From: Antedon mediterranea
Lineage: Eukaryota; Animalia; Echinodermata
DNA: 64,000 nucleotides
Assembly (NCBI RefSeq): GCF_964355755.1
Contig: NC_092670.1
Span: 37,126,388-37,190,387 of the forward strand
Reading direction: 5' to 3'
Under the pieces are notes generated by a model. It saw nothing but the letters and a program-made list of their open reading frames with translations, did not search any database and was not told the DNA's origin. This document shows, piece after piece, positions 27,801-39,800 of the stretch (the first letter of the stretch is position 1; each line of letters opens with the position of its first letter). The position numbers and the translations under genes are program-made.

Positions 27801-30800
27801 TTTCTTCCTTTCTTTCTTCCTTTCTTCCTTCCTTCCTTTCTTTCATTCTTCTTTTCTTCCTTCCTTTCTTTCATTCTTCCTTCCTTTCTTTCTTTCTTCC
27901 TTTCTTTCATTCTTCCTTCCTTCCTTTCTTTCATTCTTCCTTTCTTTCTTCCTTTCTTTCATTCTTCCTTCCTTTCTTTCTTCCTGTCTTCCTTCCTTTC
28001 TTTCATTCTTCCTTTCTTTCTTCCTTTCTTCCTTCCTTTCTTTCAGTCTTCCTTTCTTCCTTCCTTTCTTTCATTCTTCCTTTCTTCCTTCCTTTCTTTC
28101 ATTCTTCCTTTCTTTCTTCCTTTCTTCCTTCCTTTCTTTCATTCTTCCTTTCTTCCTTCCTTTCTTTCATTCTTCCTTTCTTCCTTCCTTTCTTTCATTC
28201 TTCCTTTCTTCCTTCCTTTCTTCCTTACTTTCTTTCATTCTTCCTTTCTTCCTTCCTTTCTTTCATTCTTCCTTCCTTTCTTTCTTCCTTTCTTCCTTCC
28301 TTTCTTTCATTCTTCCTTCCTTTCTTTCTTCCTTTCTTCCTTCCTTTCTTTCATTCTTCCTTCCTTTCTTTCTTCCTTCCTTTCTTCCTTTCTTCCTTCC
28401 TTTCTTTCATTCTTCCTTTCTTTCTTTCTTCCTTTCTTCCTTCCTTTCTTTCATTCTTCCTTTCTTTCTTCCTTTCTTCATTTCTTTCTTTCTTCCTTTA
28501 TTTCTTTCTTTCTTTGTCATGTGACTTTATTATCTGTGTGGTGAATTCCTACCGAATGCTTTTTATAAACTTGGTCCAATGTGGTACTTATTTCACAATT
28601 AGAATCATGAAATGAATAAAATATTGTTATATATAAAATAGAAATATATATATATTTTATAGGTTGCTCTAGAATTTGAACATGAGGAGACACGACCAGG
28701 AGAGACGACAACGCTCACAGTTCAATCCGAAGCTAACTCTCTATGTGCTGTGGGAATTGTTGATAAAAGTGTTGAACTTTTAGGAACAACCAACCAACTC
28801 ACCAACGAAAAGGTAATCACTTTGTTGTTTGGTAGGGTTTCTACAAAATACAAACAATATCACTGCAACATTTCTCTCCCCACTCTCTCCTCTTCGAATA
28901 AAATTAATACAGTACTGCATGTATAAATTTAAATATATATAAACACATTAGCAAAAAACATTAATTCTAAACCGTCCGGTGATATACTGCAATTTAATTA
29001 ATTAATTTGAAACGATAAAGATGAGGAAATCTGTGAGAATGAGAAAAAGTCGCCCCAACCGAGACTCGAACTCGGACCGTCTGCTTGATATGCAGTTGCC
29101 CTAACCATTAGACCACTGGGACTTTCATGGTGTTGTTCAAACTCGATTGGATAGCGACTCTTTAACATTCTCGGCGTGGTACGGCGGAACAGCACTAGTC
29201 CTCAGTTGTACGCACGCGCAACAGAGATCAAATTGATACGACCTCATCTTTCAGTATTTTTTTCACGAGGCGGGATCTCCGAAGAGTATATATATATATA
29301 AATCGTATTATTTGTTGCGTTGCGTGGATGTTGCGTTGCATGTGAACGTACTTGCGTTGCGTCCTAGAGTGTTAAGATAGTATAATTATTATATATAGTT
29401 ATTTATTAGAAACCTGCTGAACAAAGATCAATCATTGGATCACGTGTGTGAGTCATGTAATTTCTTTGCGACAACATGATACAGAATATTCCTTTGCTTA
29501 AAGCTCTGTCTACACTATCAAAGTAGTTTGACAAAATAAAAGTGCGATGTGCCCAAATATGGTAGTGACATCATGTCTATATTTGGCACATCACATTTTT
29601 TTGTCACATAAAGTTTGACTCGTTATATAATCGATACTTTCTTTTCAACCTAGGTATTCCAATCTCTTTCTCGCTATTCGTACGGCTACTTTTACTATCC
29701 ATTGACTACATGTAAACGGAGCCTGTTTCCCGAAGATGAAGACACAGATGAACCTCCACCAACAGTGCCTACCACCAGGAAGGGTTACACCCTTACAACT
29801 AGCAAGTACACAACAACAAAACACGCCGATTCCGTTACAGTATTCACGGTTGGTCTATGTTATTATTTTTTTACTGCAATAAAAATATTATATGGTTTAA
29901 AAAGGTTTTTAGTGAGATCATAGATTTAGTGGATGGCCTACTTAAAATCCAAAGGACTGGGTTCGATTTTGTCTGTAACAATATGTTTTTTTTAAAAAGG
30001 TCAATTTTAATGGGATCTTAGCTTTAGTGGGTGGCCTATTTCATATCCAAAGGACTGGGTTCGATTGTGTCTGTAACAATAATGGTTTTTTAAAAAAAGG
30101 TCCATTTTAGTGGGATCGTTGTTTTTAGTGGGTGGCCTATTCAAATCCAAAGTACTGAGTTCGATTTTATCTGTAATAATTAGTAACTCTACGTAGGCCT
30201 AAACCTTTTGATGAAACTTATACAATTGTAGGTGAAAAGGATACGTATTTCGGGTCGAATGCCGACCTTACTATTATTGTAACAGCAGATAACCAACATT
30301 TAGGCCTACATTTATTGTCATAAAGATACATTATTTGTGACAAATCTTGTTTGTTTCCACAGAATGCAGGCGTCGCTTTTGCAACAAGTTTAGATGTAGA
30401 AACAAGACCATGTTATCAAATCAAAAGTACGTTAATTCTCAAGTCTTAGATCTTTATGGGACGTGAACAGAATTCTATTTGTTTTGTTTTACCAAAACAT
30501 AGAGAGAAGCGCGCATTTTCTCTGACTATACAATAACACTGAGCAATGTTCTTTAGCGACGGCGCGCTATCATTTCTTCTTTTGTTTATAATTTATATTT
30601 ATATGTATATAAATATGGTAGTGAAATGCCCAATTATGGTAGTGATATGACATCATCATATGGGCACATCACATTTTTTTGTCACATAAAGTTTGATAGT
30701 GTAGACAAGGCACAAATACATACTAGAACAGTACAATAATCAAATTGATAACATAACGTTACATGATTTCCGTACATTCACTGCCATAATAGAAGAAAAA

Positions 30801-33800
30801 ACTATGATTAAAAAATTTGATATAGGCCCAGATATTTAAAAATGATGTTTTTTTTCCTTAAAGATTATTACTGGCGACGTGATTATCCATACTACTACAG
30901 TCCTCGAGGTGGTATTAGTGGTATAGCAGGCCCACAAGCAGGCCCAGTTGCAAAGCAATTTGACGTAGCTGAAGAGACCGACGATGGTGGAAACGCTGGA
31001 AGAGGTCGAGTTGGAGCAGGTGCAGTAGAACCAGAACCGCCTGTCAAGATACGAACATACTTTCCCGAAACTTTGTTATGGCAGATAAAACGAACTCAGT
31101 AAGGAAATTAAGTCTTGTTTTTAAACACTACACGATCTTTCGCAGGCGACGTCGAAATGAAACCATTTGCTTACAGAAACCATGAACTCGCCAGTTAAAT
31201 GGACTTACGATTGCACAGTACACAATAAAATGGCAACAAGCAAGGAAAAACAATACTGTATCCACGTGGCACTTATACTGTATATATCCTATTTAGGTTT
31301 GCGTTGTGCATAAAACTAATACTGTAGTAAGAATAAACTTATTTATAAATTTATAATGTGCTGTTTACCGCAGCGCCAAAAAATGAAACAGGCGAGATTT
31401 TAGAAGTGACTTGAATTGCTTACAAGTTTGACTTTGACAGCGGATGTGGATGGAAAACAAGTTCCGGCCAAACCAATGTTTTTGGGCAAAAAAAAAACCC
31501 TTTGGATATAAATTATTTTTTTTAAAGTTGTAGTTATTTCGAGGCGTTTCGATGTTTGTCTGAGTTTCAAGCTAAAGTAGTATACGTATGAAACGCCATA
31601 TGTGCCAAAATATCTATCTTTTTACTATATTAAGTCAAAACTCTGTCAGGAACCTAGACTATGTAATGTACCCGATAACTAATTAAATATGAATATTATT
31701 TCAGCCAAACAGACGGAACTGCAGAGTTTGATTTAAACGTTCCTGATACTATAACCGACTGGAAAGCAAACGGCTTCTGTATCTCACCCGATAGCAATAT
31801 TGGTATTTCAGAGACGGCCACATTACGTGCTTTCAAGCCATTCTTCGTCTCCTTAACTCTTCCATATTCCGTCATTCGTAATGAGACCATTCCATTGAAG
31901 ATAACAGTGTTCAACTACCTGTCTGATAAATGCCTTATGGTAAGTTCATGATTCAAATACATATTTGGAATACTGTTTCGAAAAATAACATCCCCACGAT
32001 ACGAATGTAGGATTCCAAAATACTACTGGTCTTACACACACCCTTCTTACACAATGTACCTGATTGTAGTGATGATGTGCAATAAATTGCTTACTTTTAA
32101 CCGCTAGAATACACTTTCATTTTCCTCTAAAGGCCACTTTACACAGACGAGCGGTAACGGTGAATAGTATTTCTATGACCCCAAAACGCGGAGCGGACGG
32201 ACGGTTTCCGTTCAGGATAGATACAAATTCAATGTGAGACAAGCTACGCGGTTTTCCGAAATATGTCTTTATAACAAACACCCAATTAGAGTTTTGATCG
32301 TCGTGAGGTGGTTTCCCGAAAGATCGTAAAATCAAAACGGTACTGGGTATGACCAACTAGCGTTTTTGTCACCGGCTAGTCATCCATTCATAGAAGTACT
32401 AAAGTAGTAGAATGTGACCCGAGGCATGACTAACTACAACTTTTAGATGATAGAAAGTTGAGAAAAATTGTTACGAGTAGTTGTACGACATGAAGATGTT
32501 TATGAAATTATGTTAAAGATGTAAAAACATATTACATTAGGCATATAAACAGTAATGAGTGTTAGTAAAAATAATATTATGTAAAAAAGATATAAGGAAG
32601 AAAAGTTTTGATCAGCACTCTCTACATCTCTGTACTTGGCTGTCGTCGATTCTTTCGACTTGTTACAACAGTATTCTGTTTAAAAATACTACGACATTAC
32701 ATTTTATTTGAAATCCACTTTTTAAAATTCGCAGCACTTCTTACTAAAATTCCTTTACTGTTTTTACTTAATTGCTTTATTTTTAGGTTAAGGTTGTACT
32801 AAAGAATAACGCGGGCTTTACCACACTCGGTAATGACTTTACTCGTAAAGTGTGCGTATGTGGTGGAAGATCCAAGACTGTACAATTCAGAATCGTCCCA
32901 CACAAACTTGGAGAAGTTCCAATTACAGGTATGCCTAGACTTAGACTTCCCCAAGTATTTATTGTCTTTTATATGTTAGTCCACCAGTCCACGTTTCGAT
33001 TTGTGTCTGAAGATACAACATCAAGTAGTATACGTATGAAACGCCAAAATATTATCTTTTTACTAATATTAAGTCAAAACTCCGTCTAGACTAACCTAAT
33101 CTACACATATATCTAGGTCTAAAGGTATGGTATTACGTGTGAATTAAAGGTTTATGTGCCCAGAACGCTTCCGCTGCGCCACTCTGCTGGTTGAGTATTA
33201 GAAAGAGTTAAAAAGAAATAATTTCCTGGCAAATTCGAAATATGTGTGAAATAAAAAAAAAAACGAAATTAGCAGAGCGAGGTTTCGATTCGCGGACCTC
33301 TGGGTTATGGGCCCAGCACGCTTCCGCTGCGCCACTCTGCTGGTTGAGTATTATTAAGATTTAAAGAGAAATAATTTTCTGCCAAATTCGAAATACGTTT
33401 GAATTAAAAAACTAAAAAAAAAATTAGCAGAGCGAGGTTTCGATCCTTGGACCTCTGGGTTATGCGCCCAGCACGCTCCCGCTGCGCCACTCTGCTGATA
33501 GAGTATTAGAAAGAGTTGAAAAGAAATAATTTCTTCCAAATTCGAAATACGTGTGAATTAAAAAACTAAACGAAATTAACAGAGCTAGGTTTCGATCCTC
33601 GGACATCTGGGTTATGGGCCCAGCACGCTCCCGCTGCGCCACTCTGCTAGTTGAATATTACAAAGAGTTAAACAGAAATAATTTCTTGCAAATTTGAAAC
33701 AGGCCTACGTGTTAATTTTTAGAAAAAATTAGCAGAGCGAAGTTTCGATCATCGGACCTTTGGGTTATGGGTCAAGCACGCTACTCTGCTAGTTGCGTAT

Positions 33801-36800
33801 TATAAAGAGTTAGGCCTAAAGAGTAATAATTTCTGGCAAATTTGAAATACGTGTGAATTTAAAAATAAACGGAATTAGCAGAGCGAGGTTTCGATCCTCG
33901 GACCTCTGGGTTATGGGCCCAGCACGCTTCCGCTGCGCCACTCTGCTAGTTGAGCATTAAAAAAAGAGTTAAAGAAAAACTAATTTCTGGCAAATTTGAA
34001 ATACGTGTGAAATTTAAAAAAATAAAAAATTAGCAGAGCGAGGTCTCGATCCTCGGACCTCTGGGTTATGGGCCCAGCACGCTTCCGCTGCGCCACTCTG
34101 CTAGTTGGATATTAGAAAGAGTTAAAGAGAAATAATTTCTTGCCAATTTTAAATGCGTGAGAATTTAAAAAAACGGAATTAGCAGAGCGAGGTTTCGATC
34201 CTCGGACCTCTGGGTTATGGGCCCAGCACGCTTCCGCTGCGCCACTCTGCTTGTTGAGTATTATAAAGATTTAAAGAGAAATAATTTATGGAAAATTCCA
34301 AGTACGTGTGAATTTTTAAAAAAATAGCAGAGCGAGGTTTCGATCCTCGGACCTCTGGGTTATGGGCCCAGCACGCTTCCGCTGCGCCACTCTGCTGGAT
34401 GAAAATTAGAAAGAGTTGAAACGAAATAACTTTCTGCCAAATTCGAAATATGTGTGAAATAAAAATAACGAAATTAGCAGAGCAAGGTTTCGATCCTCGG
34501 ACCTCTGGGTTATGGGCCCAGCACGCATCCGCTGCGCCACTCTGCTGGTGGAGTTTTATAGAAAGAGTTAAAGAGAAATACTTTGCTAGCAAATTCGAAA
34601 TACGTGTAAATTAAAAAAACAAAACGAAATTAGCAGAGCGAGGTTTCGATCGTCGGACCTCTGGGTTATGGGCCCAGCACGAGTTGAAAATAAATAAGTT
34701 TCAAGGAAATTCGAAATACGTGTAAATTAAAAAATAAAACGAAATTAGCAGAGCGAGGTTTTGATCCTCGGACCTCTGGGTTATGGGCCCAGCACGCTTC
34801 CGCTGCGCCACTCTGCTGGATGAAAATTAGAAAGAGTTGAAAATTTGAAATATGTGTGAAATAAAAAAAAAACGAAATTAGCAGAGCGAGGTTTCGATCC
34901 TCGGACCTCTGGGTTATGGGCCCAGCACGCTTCCGCTGCGCCACTCTGCATGTTGAGTATTATAAAGATTTAAAGAGAAATAATCAATGGAAAATTCCAA
35001 GTACGTGTGAATTTAACAAAAAATAGCAGAGCGAGGTTTCGTTCCTCGGATCTCTGGGTTATGGGCCCAGCACGCATCCGCTGCGCCACTCTGCTGGTTG
35101 AGTATAAAGAAAGAGTTAAAGAGAAATAAGTTTCTTGTAAATTCAAAATACGTGTAAATTAAAAAACAAAACAAAATTAGCAGAGCGAGGTTTCGATCCT
35201 CGGACCTCTGGGTTATGGGCCCAGCACGCTTCCGCTGCGCCACTCTGCTGGATGAAAATTAGAAAGAGTTGAAAATAAATAGTTTTCTGCCAAATTCGAA
35301 ATATGTGTGAAATAAAAATAACGAAATTAGCAGAGCAAGATTTCGATCCTCGGACCTCTGGGTTATGGGCCCAGCACGCTTCCGCTGCGCCACTCTGCTG
35401 GTTGAGTATTATTAAGATTTAAAGAGAAATAATTTTCTGCCAAATTCGAAATACGTTTGAATTAAAAAACTAAAAAAAAAATTAGCAGAGCGAGGTTTCG
35501 ATCCTTGGACCTCTGGGTTATGCGCCCAGCACGCTCCCGCTGCGCCACTCTGCTGATAGAGTATTAGAAAGAGTTGAAAAGAAATAATTTCTTCCAAATT
35601 CGAAATACGTGTGAATTAAAAAACTAAACGAAATTAACAGAGCTAGGTTTCGATCCTCGGACATCTGGGTTATGGGCCCAGCACGCTTCCGCTGCGCCAC
35701 TCTGCTAGTTGGATATTAGAAAGAGTTAAAGAGAAATAATTTCTTGCCAATTTGAAATGCGTGAGAATTTTAAAAAACAAAATTAGCAGAGCGAGGTTTC
35801 GATCCTCGGACCTCTGGGTTATGGGCCCAGCACGCTTCCGCGGCGCCACTCTGCTTGTTGAGTATTATAAAGATTTAAAGAGAAATAATTTATGGAAAAT
35901 TCCAAGTACGTGTGAATTTTTAAAAAAAATAGCAGAGCGAGGTTTCGATCCTCGGACCTCTGGGTTATGGGCCCAGCACGCTTCCGCTGCGCCACTCTGC
36001 TGGATGAAAATTAGAAAGAGTTGAAACGAAATAACTTTCTGCCAAATTCGAAATATGTGTGAAATAAAAATAACGAAATTAGCAGAGCAAGGTTTCGATC
36101 CTCGGACCTCTGGGTTATGGGCCCAGCACGCATCCGCTGCGCCACTCTGCTGGTTGAGTTTTATAGAAAGAGTTAAAGAGAAATACTTTGCTAGCAAATT
36201 CGAAATACGTGTAAATTAAAAAAACAAAACGAAATTAGCAGAGCGAGGTTTCGATCGTCGGACCTCTGGGTTATGGGCCCAGCACGAGTTGAAAATAAAT
36301 AAGTTTCAAGGAAATTCGAAATACGTGTAAATTAAAAAACAAAACGAAATTAGCAGAGCGAGGTTTTGATCCTCGGACCTCTGGGTTATGGGCCCAGCAC
36401 GCTTCCGCTGCGCCACTCTGCTGGATGAAAATTTGAAAGAGTTGAAAATTTGAAAGATGTGTGAAATAAAAAAAAAACGAAATTAGCAGAGCGAGGTTTC
36501 GATCCTCGGACCTCTGGGTTATGGGCCCAGCAAGAGTTGAAAATAAATAAGTTTCAAGGAAATTCGAAATACGTGTAAATTAAAAAACAAAACGAAATTA
36601 GCAGAGCGAGGTTTCGATCCTCGGACCTCCTCTGGGTTATGGGCCCAGCACGCTTCCGCTGCGCCACTCTGCTGGATGAAAATTAGAAAGAGTTGAAACG
36701 AAATAACTTTCTGCCAAATTCGAAATATGTGTGAAATAAAAAAAAAAACGAAATTAGCAGAGCGAGGTTTCGATCCTCGGACCTCTGGGATATGGGCCCA

Positions 36801-39800
36801 GCACGCTTCCGCTGCGCCACTCTGCATGTTGAGTATTATAAAGATTTAAAGAGAAATAATCAATGGAAAATTCCAAGTACGTGTGAATTTAACAAAAAAT
36901 AGCAGAGCGAGGTTTCGTTCCTCGGATCTCTGGGTTATGGGCCCAGCACGCATCCGCTGCGCCACTCTGCTGGTTGAGTATAAAGAAAGAGTTAAAGAGA
37001 AATAAGTTTCTTGTAAATTCAAAATACGTGTAAATTAAAAAACAAAACAAAATTAGCAGAGCGAGGTTTCGATCCTCGGACCTCTGGGTTATGGGCCCAG
37101 CACGCTTCCGCTGCGCCACTCTGCTGGATGAAAATTAGAAAGAGTTGAAAATAAATAGTTTTCTGCCAAATTCGAAATATGTGTGAAATAAAAATAACGA
37201 AATTAGCAGAGCGAGGTTTCGATCCTCGGACCTCTGGGTTATGGGCCCAGCACGCTTCCGCTGCGCCACTCTGCTGGTTGAGTTTTATAGAAAGAGTTAA
37301 AGAGAAATAGTTTGCTAGCAAATTCAAAATACGTGTAAATTAAAAAAACAAAACGAGATTAGCAGAGCAAGATTTCGATCCTCGGACCTCTGGGTTATGG
37401 GCCCAGCACGCATCCGCTGCGCCACTCTGCTGGTTGAGTATAAAGAAAGAGTTAAAGAGAAATAAGTTTCTTGTAAATTCGAAATACGTGTAAATTAAAA
37501 AGCAAAACGAAATTAGCAGAGCGAGGTTTCGATCCTCGGACCTCTGGGTTATGGGCCCAGCACGCTTCCGCTGCGCCACTCTGCTTGTTGAGTATTATAA
37601 AGATTTAAAGAGAAATAATCAATGGAAAATTCCAAGTACGTGTGAATTTTTAAAAAATAGCAGAGCGAGGTTTCGATCCTCGGACCTCTGGGTTATGGGC
37701 CCAGCAGGCTTCCGCTGCGCCACTCTGCTGGATGAAAATTAGAAAGAGTTGAAAATAAATAAATTTCAAGGAAATTCGAAATACGTGTAAATTAAAAAAC
37801 TGGTTTCGATCCTCGGATCTCGATCCTCGGATCTCGGACCTCTGGGTTATGGGACCGGCACGATTCAGCTGCGCCACTCTGCTGGTGTAATGTTAGATTT
37901 AAGATTAAGGTTAATTCTTGCTAGAATAGGCTAACATCAATAACATTTTTTACTAACATAGGCCTAATAAACAATAAAAATATTTTTAAATCATATTTGA
38001 TAAACCCAATGTATTTATTACTTCAGTAACTGCGGTAACCAAGGGATTCAATTCTGGTGTGAGCAAAAGAATGTGTGATGGCAGCCCAGAGGCCGCAGAC
38101 AGGAAGTATGTTGGTTTGTCGGATGGCGTGCAGCGAAATCTTCTTGTCGAGGTTAGCTAGAACCGTTTGTCTTGGGAAGGGCACTACGTTTGTCGACCAG
38201 TGCTGACTTTGCGCAGACTTTTCGATTTTAATGTTCTGAACGGAAAGGCTAAGCGTTATAGTAACATTAATTTTTAATCCTGCACAAAATGGTGAAATCA
38301 AGATCGCCACATGATTGTCAAAACAGATGTTCGAATATTCTGTAATTCTAAGAATGTAGAAGGCGCTGACTATATAAACAACCGTTATTTTATGTCACGT
38401 GTATTTGTTTTTTCTGTAAAGCTCTCTCTGCATTATCAAACCTTATGTGACAAAAAAAATGTTATGTGCCCATATATAATGGACATGATGATGTCATATC
38501 ACTGCCATATTAAAGCATTCCACTACCATATTTGGAATTTGTAAAAACTAGTTTGATAAGTGTAGACAGAGCTTTACATTTTTGATTTCCTTTGAAATTT
38601 TTGTGTTCCTGGTATTTACGCTTGATTCCCACATGGACACAAGTAGTTTTTACTGATTTATTCTCAGGTTCTGATGAGCCACCGCTTCGTGATTGCTGAA
38701 ATGACTTAAGCCTTGTCTACATTATCAAACTGTATGTGTCCAAAAATGTGATATGCCTATATATGGCAGTGACATGACATCATCATGTCCATATATGGAC
38801 ACATCACATTTTTTTGTTTACACTTAAAGTTTGATAGTGTAGACAGAGCTTAACTTACGTCTTTGCGTTTCCTTCATTACAACAAAACTTATATTGTATT
38901 ATATATAATTTGATAAAAATGTTTTCTGTTGTAGCCGGAAGGAATAGAGAAAGATGTAACGCAGTCATCTATTGTGTGCTTAACTGACGGCGAAGACGAC
39001 AAGTCCAGTTACGAGATAACCTTTCCTGACAATACTGTACCAGACTCAGCCAGAGTGAAATTGCAAATAATCGGTACGATTTATATAGTAATTGAATATA
39101 TAGGCCTACTACCGTACTGGAACATTTATGGGCAGTATTAGGATTAAATATAGAAAATGTTGTCGTAAAGACAAAACTGTGGTGACCATATATTTAGGTC
39201 ATAATGGCTGGTCAAAAAAATGTAATGATTATCGTAAAGATGACCGTATCGTAAAATTAATATAATATATTGATTGATTTATTGAATATTCAAATTAAAA
39301 CAATATTAATACTGTACCGTATATAGCAATGACAAGACAACATAAAAAAACAAATAATATTTGTTTCCCAATGAGCCATAAACTGTTATTATGATGATAC
39401 TGTTACTATTTTATAGGCATGTGAAATGTATGTAGGCCCTAGGCCTTTGTATGGTATTTTTACAAAACCATTTTTAAAGTTTGTGGCAACAAGACAAAAA
39501 CAAACACAAATTGGTTCTCAACAAGATATTTATTTTTTGTTTTCTTCTTTTGTTTTTATTTTTTAAAGTTTATTGAAATTAATCTTTTCTTAATAATTGT
39601 GTGTTCCTTTAGGAGACATCATGGGACCAGCACTCAACAACTTAGATCGTTTGATCAGATTGCCTACAGGGTGTGGTGAACAAAATATCGTCGGCATGGC
39701 TCCAAATGTATATGTGTTAACTTACCTTATAAACACTGGTCAGGCTGATGACCAAACGAAAAAGCGCGTAGTTTTCAATATAGAATCAGGTAAGTTGCAG

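Larger units (their letters stand above)
33150..37883 (-). tRNA. tRNA-iMet: Tandem array of initiator tRNA-Met(CAT) genes: 33 units, 27 full length, 6 truncated or degenerate
   Basis: Consensus AGCAGAGTGGCGCAGCGGAAGCGTGCTGGGCCCATAACCCAGAGGTCCGAGGATCGAAACCTCGCTCTGCTA with A1:U72, GGG/CCC anticodon stem and AUCG T-loop; ~145-155 bp period; T runs downstream on the minus strand. Lies in the A2M intron 32929-38025. Confidence 0.97.

Noticed and set aside
32990-33055. CTGAAGA..GAAAC hammerhead-like words; also CTGATGA at ~38671
   Set aside because: Stems do not close properly, and related repeat copies (31545, 21665) do not conserve the core.
33150-37883. CRISPR-like repeat-spacer appearance and many short ORFs
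   Set aside because: The repeats are tRNA genes, the spacers are homologous to each other, there are no cas genes, and the ORFs are translations of the tRNA repeat.
33091-37914. Weak inverted similarity flanking the tRNA array (CTAACCTAATCT / AGATTAAGGTTAA)
   Set aside because: Too short and AT-rich, and no TSD; insufficient to claim the array sits in a transposon.
38023-38310. 95-aa minus-strand ORF next to the tRNA array
   Set aside because: Antisense to the A2M exon at 38026-38150.
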